Below are positions 20,021 through 30,497 of a DNA stretch of 64,000 nt, piece after piece. Location: NCBI GenBank assembly GCA_963727805.1, contig CAVSHF010000004.1, positions 1-64,000 of the forward strand, given 5' to 3'. Both the position numbers and the translations under genes were made by a program. Below the pieces are notes generated by a model. That model saw only the letters and a program-made list of their open reading frames with translations. It had not been told where the DNA came from and did not search any database. The stretch comes from an uncultured Nitrospiraceae bacterium. GTDB lineage: Bacteria; Nitrospirota; Thermodesulfovibrionia; Thermodesulfovibrionales; Dissulfurispiraceae. The first letter of the stretch is position 1. Each line of letters opens with the position of its first letter.

Positions 20021-21703
20021 CAGGCTGTCCGACAATTATCGAAATTAGAGACAAATGACGGATGCCTCGCCATCCTGAAAACATAACGGGGCTATCTGCT
20101 TTATACATAGTATCTCCAGCAAAAGCTTCCTTGGCGTATGGCAGTAGTTGCCCTCTTTCGGAGGCTTTCCTCTTCCCTTCAGGCATTCCCATATCTTTTT
20201 CAGATTTACTGCCGTACAGGCAAGGTTAAATTCCGACCTTACCGAATTAATTCCTCTCGTCAGAAATGTTCGCAATCCTTTGTTCTCCTTGATATCGCCG
20301 ATCACAGGTTCAACAATCTGTTGTCTAAGCTTATATATATATCTTGCTGCAGGCGTTTTCATTTTTTCAGTCATCGCATTGCAGTGAACTTCGTGAGGGA
20401 ACACCTTCAGAGAGCGTATGCCGTCCTTCTGTTTGGTACACAGTCGCTGATGCTCACATCCCAAGCATCTCTGACCACGATAGACTCTCACCATCTTGTC
20501 CCTCTGTCTGTCAAAATGTTCGCCCAAGAATGTTAGCGGGTGATCAGCAGGACAAATATACTCATCCCTTTGTTTATTGTATGTAAAGTTCTTCTTGTCG
20601 TATGGGTTGTTTGCCCGCGTCCCACTATTGTCAGGCATGTATGCATCTATCTTCCTGTCCGATAGAAATGCAATGTTCTCACCGCTAAAATATCCAGAAT
20701 CAAAACTCCAAATAATACTATCAGCAATTCCGCCAAGATTCTCTGTGGTTTGTATAACCTGAGGTTGCAACTGGCTGACATCTGCAGCATTCTGCCCCAC
20801 GTCACTAGCCAAAATGAACCCACCCTTATCCACTGTCACCTGAGGATTATAAGAAAGCTCTATCCTGCCTTTCTTATTTTTCATAAAACGACTATCAGGA
20901 TCTGTCGTGCTTACCTGCTTTAGCCCTTCCTCATTAACTTTGTCTTGAGCTCCTTGAAGACCTTCTCTGAGTCGACCTATAAAAACATGCCCTTCTTCTT
21001 TAGCCCTCTTAACATAGTACTGTGCAGCTTTCTGAACAAGTTTTTTGCCCTGCCGGGACAGTTGGTCGCTACCCCGTAGTTCACCGAACTGCCGATCCTC
21101 ACTCTCATCAATCTCTGCCCACTCCTGAAGCTCACCATCGACAAAGCTTCTCAGAACCGCCAACTCCTCTTTTGTTAATACTCGCCTGTTTGATGCATTT
21201 GCCTTCACTTTGGTTCCATCTGTCGACAGATGCGACAAATCCAACAATCCTTCCTCTTTGGCAAAACTAACTGTGTGCTTGAAGACTTCCTTTAGTAGAT
21301 CAGGGTTGTTCTTTCTGAAATCGCTGATAGTCCTGAAGTCAGGAGTCAGCTTCTCCGCCAAATATATATACACCACGTTCTCTCTGGCATTGCGTGCCAG
21401 TCGACGAGATGAGCGCACCCTGTCCAGAACTCCCATGATCAGCAACTTCACCAGCATTTTTGGATGATATGCCGGATGTCCGGCACCTGAATAGCGGATA
21501 TCGAAGCAACCATAATCCAGGGAGTCAACCAATCCTTCAATGAGAAAACAAATATGATCTTCGGGTATCATATCTTCTAAACTCGGCGGCAGTAGCCAGG
21601 ATTGCCCTCCATACGACTCAATGTATGCCATCGGGTGTACTCCTTGATATCGTTCTTAAATATATTCTACCACCGGATAACTTGATAATTGTCGGACAGC
21701 CTG
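20021..21703 (-). mobile_element. IS1182-family element copy A (1683 bp)
   Basis: 20-bp perfect TIR CAGGCTGTCCGACAATTATC. CTTG duplication at 20017-20020 and 21704-21707. Confidence 0.95.
20045..21631 (-). CDS. IS1182 family DDE transposase
   Basis: GHPAYHP, SSRRL, PDFRTISDFRK, DGTKVKANAS, TDPDSRFM, DSGY and VEPVIGDIK motifs. Confidence 0.95.
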   Translation of the reverse strand: MAYIESYGGQSWLLPPSLEDMIPEDHICFLIEGLVDSLDYGCFDIRYSGAGHPAYHPKMLVKLLIMGVLDRVRSSRRLARNARENVVYIYLAEKLTPDFRTISDFRKNNPDLLKEVFKHTVSFAKEEGLLDLSHLSTDGTKVKANASNRRVLTKEELAVLRSFVDGELQEWAEIDESEDRQFGELRGSDQLSRQGKKLVQKAAQYYVKRAKEEGHVFIGRLREGLQGAQDKVNEEGLKQVSTTDPDSRFMKNKKGRIELSYNPQVTVDKGGFILASDVGQNAADVSQLQPQVIQTTENLGGIADSIIWSFDSGYFSGENIAFLSDRKIDAYMPDNSGTRANNPYDKKNFTYNKQRDEYICPADHPLTFLGEHFDRQRDKMVRVYRGQRCLGCEHQRLCTKQKDGIRSLKVFPHEVHCNAMTEKMKTPAARYIYKLRQQIVEPVIGDIKENKGLRTFLTRGINSVRSEFNLACTAVNLKKIWECLKGRGKPPKEGNYCHTPRKLLLEILCIKQIAPLCFQDGEASVICL

Positions 21704-21808
21704 CTTGCCGCGTGGGATGAATGCATGCCTTGCCTAGAGGGTTATAAGGGAGACAGGGAGTCTCCCTTATCCGCTAAGGCCCTTGCGTAGTGTGGTATAA
21801 CATATGGT

Positions 21809-22237
21809 ATGGCACTCAAAAGGGCGAGTCATGTGGTCTACGACACGACATACCACCTGGTATGGTGTCCGAAACGACGCAAGACAATATTTCAGGATGC
21901 TGAACTTAGGCAACGAGCGGAACAGCTCTTTCGTGAAATCAGCGACGAGTATGAATTTGAGATACAGGAGATGGAAGTCGGAGTAGACCACGTTCATATA
22001 CTGATGTCGTTTCATCCGAAGTATTCAATTGGGCAAGTTGTTAGGGCACTGAAAAGTATAAGCGCAAGGGAGCTGTTTCGTGAGTTCCCTCGAATCAAGC
22101 AACGATTGTGGAGCGGGCAGTTGTGGGAGGATAGATATTTCGCCCGAACTGTCGGAGACCGTATGACTCGGCAAATTGTCGAAAAGTATATAAGGCATCA
22201 TCGTCAAGATGAGCAAGGGCCTGCGCAGCTCTTTTGA
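21809..22237 (+). CDS. tnpA: IS200/IS605 Y1 HUH transposase
   Basis: YHLVWCPK, DHVH (HUH), KSISAR, LW..YF.RTVG and catalytic Tyr in EKYI. Confidence 0.95.
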   Translation: MALKRASHVVYDTTYHLVWCPKRRKTIFQDAELRQRAEQLFREISDEYEFEIQEMEVGVDHVHILMSFHPKYSIGQVVRALKSISARELFREFPRIKQRLWSGQLWEDRYFARTVGDRMTRQIVEKYIRHHRQDEQGPAQLF

Positions 22238-22264
22238 GCTGCGCTCAAGATGCCCCGCGGCTTG

Positions 22265-23947
22265 CAGGCTGTCCGACAATTATCAAGTTATCCGGTGGTA
22301 GAATATATTTAAGAACGATATCAAGGAGTACACCCGATGGCATACATTGAGTCGTATGGAGGGCAATCCTGGCTACTGCCGCCGAGTTTAGAAGATATGA
22401 TACCCGAAGATCATATTTGTTTTCTCATTGAAGGATTGGTTGACTCCCTGGATTATGGTTGCTTCGATATCCGCTATTCAGGTGCCGGACATCCGGCATA
22501 TCATCCAAAAATGCTGGTGAAGTTGCTGATCATGGGAGTTCTGGACAGGGTGCGCTCATCTCGTCGACTGGCACGCAATGCCAGAGAGAACGTGGTGTAT
22601 ATATATTTGGCGGAGAAGCTGACTCCTGACTTCAGGACTATCAGCGATTTCAGAAAGAACAACCCTGATCTACTAAAGGAAGTCTTCAAGCACACAGTTA
22701 GTTTTGCCAAAGAGGAAGGATTGTTGGATTTGTCGCATCTGTCGACAGATGGAACCAAAGTGAAGGCAAATGCATCAAACAGGCGAGTATTAACAAAAGA
22801 GGAGTTGGCGGTTCTGAGAAGCTTTGTCGATGGTGAGCTTCAGGAGTGGGCAGAGATTGATGAGAGTGAGGATCGGCAGTTCGGTGAACTACGGGGTAGC
22901 GACCAACTGTCCCGGCAGGGCAAAAAACTTGTTCAGAAAGCTGCACAGTACTATGTTAAGAGGGCTAAAGAAGAAGGGCATGTTTTTATAGGTCGACTCA
23001 GAGAAGGTCTTCAAGGAGCTCAAGACAAAGTTAATGAGGAAGGGCTAAAGCAGGTAAGCACGACAGATCCTGATAGTCGTTTTATGAAAAATAAGAAAGG
23101 CAGGATAGAGCTTTCTTATAATCCTCAGGTGACAGTGGATAAGGGTGGGTTCATTTTGGCTAGTGACGTGGGGCAGAATGCTGCAGATGTCAGCCAGTTG
23201 CAACCTCAGGTTATACAAACCACAGAGAATCTTGGCGGAATTGCTGATAGTATTATTTGGAGTTTTGATTCTGGATATTTTAGCGGTGAGAACATTGCAT
23301 TTCTATCGGACAGGAAGATAGATGCATACATGCCTGACAATAGTGGGACGCGGGCAAACAACCCATACGACAAGAAGAACTTTACATACAATAAACAAAG
23401 GGATGAGTATATTTGTCCTGCTGATCACCCGCTAACATTCTTGGGCGAACATTTTGACAGACAGAGGGACAAGATGGTGAGAGTCTATCGTGGTCAGAGA
23501 TGCTTGGGATGTGAGCATCAGCGACTGTGTACCAAACAGAAGGACGGCATACGCTCTCTGAAGGTGTTCCCTCACGAAGTTCACTGCAATGCGATGACTG
23601 AAAAAATGAAAACGCCTGCAGCAAGATATATATATAAGCTTAGACAACAGATTGTTGAACCTGTGATCGGCGATATCAAGGAGAACAAAGGATTGCGAAC
23701 ATTTCTGACGAGAGGAATTAATTCGGTAAGGTCGGAATTTAACCTTGCCTGTACGGCAGTAAATCTGAAAAAGATATGGGAATGCCTGAAGGGAAGAGGA
23801 AAGCCTCCGAAAGAGGGCAACTACTGCCATACGCCAAGGAAGCTTTTGCTGGAGATACTATGTATAAAGCAGATAGCCCCGTTATGTTTTCAGGATGGCG
23901 AGGCATCCGTCATTTGTCTCTAATTTCGATAATTGTCGGACAGCCTG
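22265..23947 (+). mobile_element. IS1182-family element copy B (1683 bp, inverted relative to A)
   Basis: Same TIR. CTTG duplication at 22261-22264 and 23948-23951. Encoded protein identical to copy A. Confidence 0.95.
22337..23923 (+). CDS. IS1182 family DDE transposase
   Basis: Identical translation to 20045..21631. Confidence 0.95.
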   Translation: MAYIESYGGQSWLLPPSLEDMIPEDHICFLIEGLVDSLDYGCFDIRYSGAGHPAYHPKMLVKLLIMGVLDRVRSSRRLARNARENVVYIYLAEKLTPDFRTISDFRKNNPDLLKEVFKHTVSFAKEEGLLDLSHLSTDGTKVKANASNRRVLTKEELAVLRSFVDGELQEWAEIDESEDRQFGELRGSDQLSRQGKKLVQKAAQYYVKRAKEEGHVFIGRLREGLQGAQDKVNEEGLKQVSTTDPDSRFMKNKKGRIELSYNPQVTVDKGGFILASDVGQNAADVSQLQPQVIQTTENLGGIADSIIWSFDSGYFSGENIAFLSDRKIDAYMPDNSGTRANNPYDKKNFTYNKQRDEYICPADHPLTFLGEHFDRQRDKMVRVYRGQRCLGCEHQRLCTKQKDGIRSLKVFPHEVHCNAMTEKMKTPAARYIYKLRQQIVEPVIGDIKENKGLRTFLTRGINSVRSEFNLACTAVNLKKIWECLKGRGKPPKEGNYCHTPRKLLLEILCIKQIAPLCFQDGEASVICL

Positions 23948-24257
23948 CTTGCCGCGTGGGAGTGTCACTTTCTGGATTCAATCTTTTGGTAAGATGCCCG
24001 AAGTATTTAGTATCCGGTGACTCGAGAACCGACCACTGAGCGTTTATCTTTTTAGGCACACTCTTAATTCCGACTAACAACTGCACCGACGGACAAACAC
24101 CGATGGCCATGTCCGCCAGTTCCTACACTGCTATCAGATAGTAACCTCTATGTTTGCAGCAGATTTAGGAGTATACTTGATGCAGCTATAAATAGTGCAA
24201 TGGGAAGGAAGAGATTAACGTCGTATAATTCAGATTGTCCTTTTAAAGGAGGTTTGT

Positions 24258-25655
24258 ATGGTTTACATCACACGATGGCGCCTGCACTTTAGCTGCTTGA
24301 TGTGCGCACTGTTTTTCGTGCCGGTTATCCTCACCTCGATTGTCGGCCATGCACAGGCGGCAAAGGTGGAGATTCTTCCGCTCCAGTCTGTAACACTCAC
24401 AGATAAACAATTTCTAATGGGAGAAAAGGATGGCAAGCCCGTTACGCTGGCTGGCGTGCTTCGTTTGCCTGGCTCAGGCAATGATCGATTGCCGGTCGTC
24501 ATTTTGCTACATGGCTCAGGAGGAATTGTTGACTTCGTCACCGACTGGGAACAGTATCTCAATGCCATGGGTGTCGCCACTTTCACCCCCGACAGTTTTA
24601 CGGGGCGAGGCATCGATAATGTCAGGAACGATCAGTCACAGCTCGGCCGGCTGCAGATGACCTACGATGCCTATCGAGCGCTAGAATTGCTTGCTAAACA
24701 TCCTCGAGTCGACTCGAAGAGGATCGCAGTCATGGGCTTTTCAAGGGGTGGCCAGGCAGCTCTTTACGCGAGTGTGAAGCGCTTTCAGCGCATGCATGGC
24801 CCCACCAACTTAGAGTTCGCCGCGTACATCCCGTTCTATGCTGTCTGCAACACAACCTATCGCGATGACGAGGACGTGTCTGACAGGCCGATTCGGCTCT
24901 TTCATGGCACTGCGGACGACTGGGTCCCTGTTGCACCGTGTCGTGCCTACGTTGAGCGGCTGAAAGCAAAAGGCAAGGATGTGCAGCTGACAGAATACGC
25001 AGGCGCTTATCACGTGTTCGATTGGAAAGATCTGAAGCTGGCGAAGCTTGAGAAGGCGCAAACGGCGAGGCAATGTCAGCTTGCGGAGGCAGAGGATGGG
25101 GTTATTATAAATGTTAAGACCAAGGAACTCTTCACTTACGCTGATCCATGCATACAATATGGGGTAACGATCGCTTATGATGAGAAGGCGTACACCGATG
25201 CCAGAAAAGCAGTCAAGGACTTAGTCACCAATACACTCAAGCAGCAATCTCCGCCAACGTCCGAGCAGGCGAAGCGGATCGAGGCGATGGTCAATAAGGC
25301 TGCGGCGCTGGTCGATACCAAGGGAAAGGGGGCCTTCTCCGAATTTAGAACGCAAGATAGCGAATGGTGGTTCGGTAACACTTATCTATTCGCCTACGAT
25401 CAAGACATGAATGTGTTACTCAACCCTGCTTTCCCGGAGCGAGAAGGAACCAATGTTCACGGCGGCAAGGATGTCAATGGCAAGCTATTTCATGATGAGT
25501 TTATGAAAGTGGTTCGAACCAAGGGGTCAGGCTGGGTCGATTATATGTTCCCTAAACCTGGGCAAACCCAGCTGTCTCAGAAGTGGAGCTATGTGAAGGC
25601 GGTGAACATAGATGGAACTCTGGGGTTGATCGGTGCTGGTTTCTATCCCGAGTAG
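24258..25655 (+). CDS. Secreted dienelactone-hydrolase-like alpha/beta hydrolase fused to a single Cache (sCache_2-like) domain
   Basis: Signal peptide, LHGSGG, GFSRGG nucleophile elbow, HGTADDW and AYHVFD motifs. C-terminal YLFAYD..KDVNGK..GSGWVDYMFPKPG..KWSYVK..IGAGFY Cache signature. Confidence 0.85.
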   Translation: MVYITRWRLHFSCLMCALFFVPVILTSIVGHAQAAKVEILPLQSVTLTDKQFLMGEKDGKPVTLAGVLRLPGSGNDRLPVVILLHGSGGIVDFVTDWEQYLNAMGVATFTPDSFTGRGIDNVRNDQSQLGRLQMTYDAYRALELLAKHPRVDSKRIAVMGFSRGGQAALYASVKRFQRMHGPTNLEFAAYIPFYAVCNTTYRDDEDVSDRPIRLFHGTADDWVPVAPCRAYVERLKAKGKDVQLTEYAGAYHVFDWKDLKLAKLEKAQTARQCQLAEAEDGVIINVKTKELFTYADPCIQYGVTIAYDEKAYTDARKAVKDLVTNTLKQQSPPTSEQAKRIEAMVNKAAALVDTKGKGAFSEFRTQDSEWWFGNTYLFAYDQDMNVLLNPAFPEREGTNVHGGKDVNGKLFHDEFMKVVRTKGSGWVDYMFPKPGQTQLSQKWSYVKAVNIDGTLGLIGAGFYPE

Positions 25656-26366
25656 CATTTGCCGGGAATCTTGTCGGGCGGAAAGGAGGCGATCCCAGCA
25701 AAAAGTTTGCTCAGACGCCGAATTGACCCGCTTAGGAATATTCGCTGAAAAATGTTAGTTGATTTCGACATTCAAGACTTTCGACGAGATGTCTTGGGTG
25801 TCGACTTGTCGGCGGCGCGATCATTCGAAACCAACGAGTGCTGGTCTCGACTTTCGAAAGAAACCTTGCATAATGAGCCATGTTTCTGCGGTGATGACTT
25901 TAGAAAGTCCCAGAGGTAGGTGCTCGATGTCACCAAGAAATAATCGATATGGGAGATTATTTACTATCAGTTATTTCAATTACTAATCATGCATGCGGAA
26001 ATATCGCGGTGCCAACTCAGCTACTCACAGCAAGTTTTTTTTAAAAGAATCTAAAACGGTAATGTTTATTACGCAAATTATCATCTCAAGATTTGTTAGC
26101 TTGGAAAGCTGTATCCCCCAGTTTTGCCCATTCCTTACCTTATTGCCCTGTCATGTTAATAAAACACCTGTTTTATTAACAGAGCAGATTATCATATAAA
26201 GAAAGCCGACTTTATCACACTTTCCGGACCTGAAAAGTGACAGGATTTTGTTAACATTAACAGTCCCATGAGCTAGTCAGATAGCATGAATCATAATAAA
26301 CTGAAGAAAAGAGCTTATCGGGATCACTTTTTTCAGATTATATTTCCTCCTTAAAGGAGAACCTGC

Positions 26367-26717
26367 ATGAAGATACTCGTCGTTGATGATGAAAAGAACA
26401 TCCTGAAACTTTACAAGGAGGAACTCGAAGATGAAGGGTATAATGTCGTCACCGCAAATTCCGGCAAGGAAGCGTTGGAAGTATTCCGAGTCGAGGAGCC
26501 AGATATTGTAACACTCGATATAATGATACCCGACATCAATGGGCTACAGCTATTAAAACAGCTGAAACAGGAAAAACCTCAGACGCCTGTGATCATGCTC
26601 ACTGCATACGATTACCGAGACGATTTTTTGGTCTGGGCCTCAGATGCTTATATAGTGAAGTCTTCCGATACGGCAACCCTCAAAGCGATGATAAAGCAGA
26701 TTATTGAAAAAAAATAA
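26367..26717 (+). CDS. Single-domain response regulator (receiver)
   Basis: KILVVDDE, PDIVTLDIMIP, MLTA and YIVK motifs. Confidence 0.95.
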   Translation: MKILVVDDEKNILKLYKEELEDEGYNVVTANSGKEALEVFRVEEPDIVTLDIMIPDINGLQLLKQLKQEKPQTPVIMLTAYDYRDDFLVWASDAYIVKSSDTATLKAMIKQIIEKK

Positions 26718-27450
26718 CGCTATCATCATCGTAAAGGCAGACTTACCCGCGCAAAGGGAAACGGCAGTAGCCCACAACTTGGCCCGAAAACAGGCTACAT
26801 TATCAATCCTGTCTATCCTAGTAGTGCAGCAATTATTGACTGGTGGTAGCCTGAATATACTGGTGTGTATAAACTGGAATCATCAGCGGCCTATTATCAT
26901 ATCCACCAAGTAACTATCTTTGGCGGAAAGATACTTCCGGATGTTTTATACACGTACTCTTACGTACTTTCGACAAACCTCAACCACCTGAGGAATGCGC
27001 CCGGATTAAAACGCAGATGGAAAATCCGAGATTCTTTGTTTCGGCCACAAGGCGAGATTTTTCGACGGGCGAAATGATTCTCAGTTTTGGGTAGGATTTA
27101 ACACCACCTCTGATAACAACCGATAGATAAGTATATTACTTTTGCACTCATCCGAAGTGTCCGAAATGACCGGAATCGATGTTTCTAAGGAACCGGAATG
27201 GGGGAATGCCCAAAAAGAAGTGAATTCACTGCATGAAAACTATTTTCGCTGTTATCAATTTTCTATGAAGAAGGTTTTCATGATCACGGTTACATCCATT
27301 ATAGCAAAGACTTAGCTCCTTAATTACTGTAACCCATTGGCGGTAGGCAAGACCTGGTATGGTAATTGCTCTTTGTAGTTAGCATCACCGTATGAACCCA
27401 TGACAACATCGCAACTCGAGGACTCAAGTTGCAGAATAGGGAGGACAATA

Positions 27451-27930
27451 ATGCACCGCACTCTCAAATTAATGGTCGTTCTGGTGAGCCTTGCCATAGG
27501 CGCGATGCCCTCTTTTTCGCAGTCCCTTCCGGACCTTCCGATCACTGCGGTCGAGGGTGCAAGCGAACAAAATAGGAACACTCACGCTGACATGGCTGCA
27601 AGCAAGAAAGGTCCCGGAATTGTGTATCTTCCGATACCGAATACGTCGCATGTCAGGCAGCTAACCGAAGGTCAAGTTAACAATACGACCGATTCGATCG
27701 ATATATCAAGCATCGTCAATTCCAACGAGCCCGCCACTAAATTGACTGGGGCAGTCTCCCCGGCGGGAACACTTGTAAGCACGGGCGGTAACCCGAGCGT
27801 CGTTATCAGCAGTCGGTTGCCGGTGCCCTCAAACGAATGGGAGCGTTACCGTATGGAGTCATCTCCGCAAGGCCAGATGGGCGGCATCCTGTCGGGCGGT
27901 GTGATTGTGGCTTTTAGAATCGCAATCTAA
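27451..27930 (+). CDS. Hypothetical exported protein
   Basis: ATG after GGAGG and an N-terminal signal peptide. No recognised domain. Confidence 0.55.
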   Translation: MHRTLKLMVVLVSLAIGAMPSFSQSLPDLPITAVEGASEQNRNTHADMAASKKGPGIVYLPIPNTSHVRQLTEGQVNNTTDSIDISSIVNSNEPATKLTGAVSPAGTLVSTGGNPSVVISSRLPVPSNEWERYRMESSPQGQMGGILSGGVIVAFRIAI

Positions 27931-28177
27931 TAGGCCGAGTTCTCTGCAAATAGCGGCTGTTTCAACACGACAATTTAGATAATAGGAGAAATATGCATTA
28001 TGGACATCTTGGGGCAATTCTTTCAGTAAAGTATACTTAATTCGATTCGGCTCTCAAAGCATTGCAGCCTTCTGGTTGAAGCGAGCTAAGCAATGTGCAA
28101 TGCGGACGTGAGTGTTACCAAAATAAATGTGAGCCCCGTCGAACAACAAGTGCGACGCTACCTTTGTACCGGAAGTC

Positions 28178-29638
28178 AATGTATTCGGTTAGACTGTGGA
28201 GGTGTTTGATAATTATTGAGAGCGACCTCCGTTGGATGTGATAATTGTATTGCATTCAAAAACTGGAAGGAGGCCGCTATGACATTTTACTGTGGAATCG
28301 ATTTGCATACCAAGAAATCCCAACTCTGTATTATTGACAAGGACGGGAAAAAGGTAAAGGAGGGTAATCTCAACAATGATCTTTCGGTCATTTTTGAATT
28401 TCTAGAACCCTTCGGTAGGGATGTACATATTGCGATTGAATGCACCATAAATTGGTATTGGATTGTGGATGGACTTAAGGACAAGGGCTATGACGTAAGG
28501 CTTGCACATACATTGGGTCTGTACATGATAACAGGGGCGAAGGTAAAGACTGACAGAAGAGACGCATTTAAGTTGGCAAAACTTCTCAGGATGGGTGAAC
28601 TCCCGGAGGCGTATATTTATCCCAAGGAGAAAAGACCATTGAGAGACCTCTTAAGGAGAAGGGCAGGCCTTGTTCATGAGCGTGCCGAATGCTATTCGAG
28701 CTTGAGGGTACAGTTCATAAAGTATAACCTGAACACCATGAGCGGTAGCGAGTTGAAGAAGCTCTTACCTGCAGATCTTCATATTATGCCGATCCCTCAG
28801 CAAGTGAAGGATTACTGCGTCATGATACTGGAGAGAATCGACCTGCTATCCAACCAGATTGACAAGCTCGATACTGGGTTAAAAGACATCACGTTAGAAG
28901 ATCCCAGATTCAAGCTTCTGTTAACGTTGCCCGGCGTAATGTACGTGCTTGGATTGACGATCTATTACGAGATAGGAGACATCAGCAGATTCAGAGATGT
29001 CAGGCAGTTTGCATCCTATTGTCGTTTGGTGCCGGGTGTATCTCAGTCCTCCGACACAGTAAAGAGAGGGAAGGGAAAGAAGCAGGGGAATCATTATTTG
29101 AAGTTTGCATTTACCCAAGCCGCCAATATTGCGGTCAGGTATTATCCGAAGCTCAGAAAGTTCAGGGACAAACATGCCAACAGAAGGAAGGGCAGTGCGG
29201 CTACGATGGTGGCCAACTGCATTCTGGCTCACAAAATAGCCAACGCTACGTTTCATATGTTGAAGGAAGGGGTCCCTTTTGACGAGGCAAAGCTTTTCGG
29301 CTGATGGGTGGCGGTAATACCCGCCTGATAAGTGGGCTCATAAGCCCGAGTGTTTGATTGGTAGCCGCCATCTGTCTTTAAAAAAATGGAGGTGTTTTGA
29401 CATTGTCTGCCCTGGCCGGTAGCTCCACGATAACTGATGCTGCCCTGTGCAGACATCGACTGCATTTGCTGAATGAGGCTGGTCAGGAACCGATAACTTT
29501 CTGGTGCCGCAGAGCAAGCTTCATTGCCCTGCAAGGGAGTAATCCCACAGAGCCCGTATGGATGTTTGATGCAGATAATGGTTCTGCATCGTTTTCAGAA
29601 AGACGAGACAGATTATTCATGTCAAAGGACTTCTAATG
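28178..29638 (+). mobile_element. IS110-family element #3 (ends approximate)
   Basis: Transposase plus about 330 nt of structured 3' non-coding region. AATG present at both presumed ends. Confidence 0.6.
28279..29304 (+). CDS. IS110 family transposase
   Basis: YCGIDLH, IECT, KTDRRDA, TLPGV, SYCRLVP..QSS and KQGNHYLK motifs. AGGAGG SD. Confidence 0.95.
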   Translation: MTFYCGIDLHTKKSQLCIIDKDGKKVKEGNLNNDLSVIFEFLEPFGRDVHIAIECTINWYWIVDGLKDKGYDVRLAHTLGLYMITGAKVKTDRRDAFKLAKLLRMGELPEAYIYPKEKRPLRDLLRRRAGLVHERAECYSSLRVQFIKYNLNTMSGSELKKLLPADLHIMPIPQQVKDYCVMILERIDLLSNQIDKLDTGLKDITLEDPRFKLLLTLPGVMYVLGLTIYYEIGDISRFRDVRQFASYCRLVPGVSQSSDTVKRGKGKKQGNHYLKFAFTQAANIAVRYYPKLRKFRDKHANRRKGSAATMVANCILAHKIANATFHMLKEGVPFDEAKLFG

Positions 29639-29882
29639 ATATACGGTCTTAGGAATAAAAGACTGTCGGCATACTTTTTTCTCTTGACACGGTCGCTCTC
29701 AATGGAGGTTTTCAGGTGTTATTGGGACCTCCAATATATGCCCTTGTGCTAAACGCAGAGGACACATATTATGGGGAGAGATCCAACTTTTTGACAATGC
29801 GGTTTGTGTGCTACTCCTCATGGCTCATTTCAGCTTTGCTTTTTCATTTGAATAGACCCGTCGTCTTTATTCCCCTGTTATA

Positions 29883-30374
29883 CTATTCGTTGTTCTCTTC
29901 CTCAATAATCACGAGCGTCAGACCGCAATCGGGGCAATCGTTGGCGCCTACAACCACGGGGGAACCACAGGCCGGGCATTTCCCTTGGCTGACCAGTTCG
30001 TTGGAAGCCCTGATCTCCGGATGCATTTCCATAAAGTATTCCTCAATGCGTTCCTTTGCCCTTTCAACATCCTTTTTCGATACAATCAATCGCCATTTAT
30101 CGCCGCAACAGCCTTTGTTACAGCCACTGTCGGAAGTGACGGCGCAAGGGATACCAGCCTCGATAAGAACATTGTACAGTTCATCCAACCACTTCAAGTC
30201 TCCCTCTCTGACCACGATTGCATTTCTAATGGCCTTCTCCGTCAGCCGTTTATTTTCCTCCTGAACACTTCTATACTCCTCGTACAATAGGAGGACTGTA
30301 CCGCAATCAGCGCATTTCTCGATATGCGGGAGATACTCGGTTTCGCAATCAGGACATATCTTATTTCGGTTCAT
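29883..30374 (-). CDS. Hypothetical zinc-ribbon protein
   Basis: Four CxxC pairs flanking an L..AGIP..V (DUF2007-like) core. Confidence 0.75.
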   Translation of the reverse strand: MNRNKICPDCETEYLPHIEKCADCGTVLLLYEEYRSVQEENKRLTEKAIRNAIVVREGDLKWLDELYNVLIEAGIPCAVTSDSGCNKGCCGDKWRLIVSKKDVERAKERIEEYFMEMHPEIRASNELVSQGKCPACGSPVVVGANDCPDCGLTLVIIEEENNE

Positions 30375-30497
30375 AGTTTGGAAGAGGAAAGTGAAATTTA
30401 TTTCCCGGCATCATTGTAATATATTAGCAAACTCCGGGATAAATGAAAAAGCCGTGCTGCTACCGAGAATGCGATTGCGATGATTTCATAACCCCAC

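Larger units (their letters stand above)
19990..23968 (+). mobile_element. IS200-type (tnpA-only) element, 605 bp core, both subterminal hairpins interrupted by IS1182
   Basis: Reconstructed hairpin TGCCCCGCGGCTTGCCGCGTGGGA at both ends. CTAC precedes the left end and TCAC ends the right end. Confidence 0.85.

Noticed and set aside
22223..22244. Hairpin GCGCAGCTC-TTTT-GAGCTGCGC over the tnpA stop; considered as part of a TnpB omega-RNA
   Set aside because: No tnpB gene or room for an omega-RNA scaffold before the right end.
25660..25920. Short hairpins and repeated GACTTT(C/A)GA after the hydrolase-Cache gene
   Set aside because: No regular spacing, promoter or recognisable RNA family. Not a CRISPR array.
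27155..27205. IS21-like terminal repeat relic (TGTCCGAAATGACCGGAAT..ACCGGAAT)
   Set aside because: Too short and degenerate, with no istA/istB remnant or partner end.
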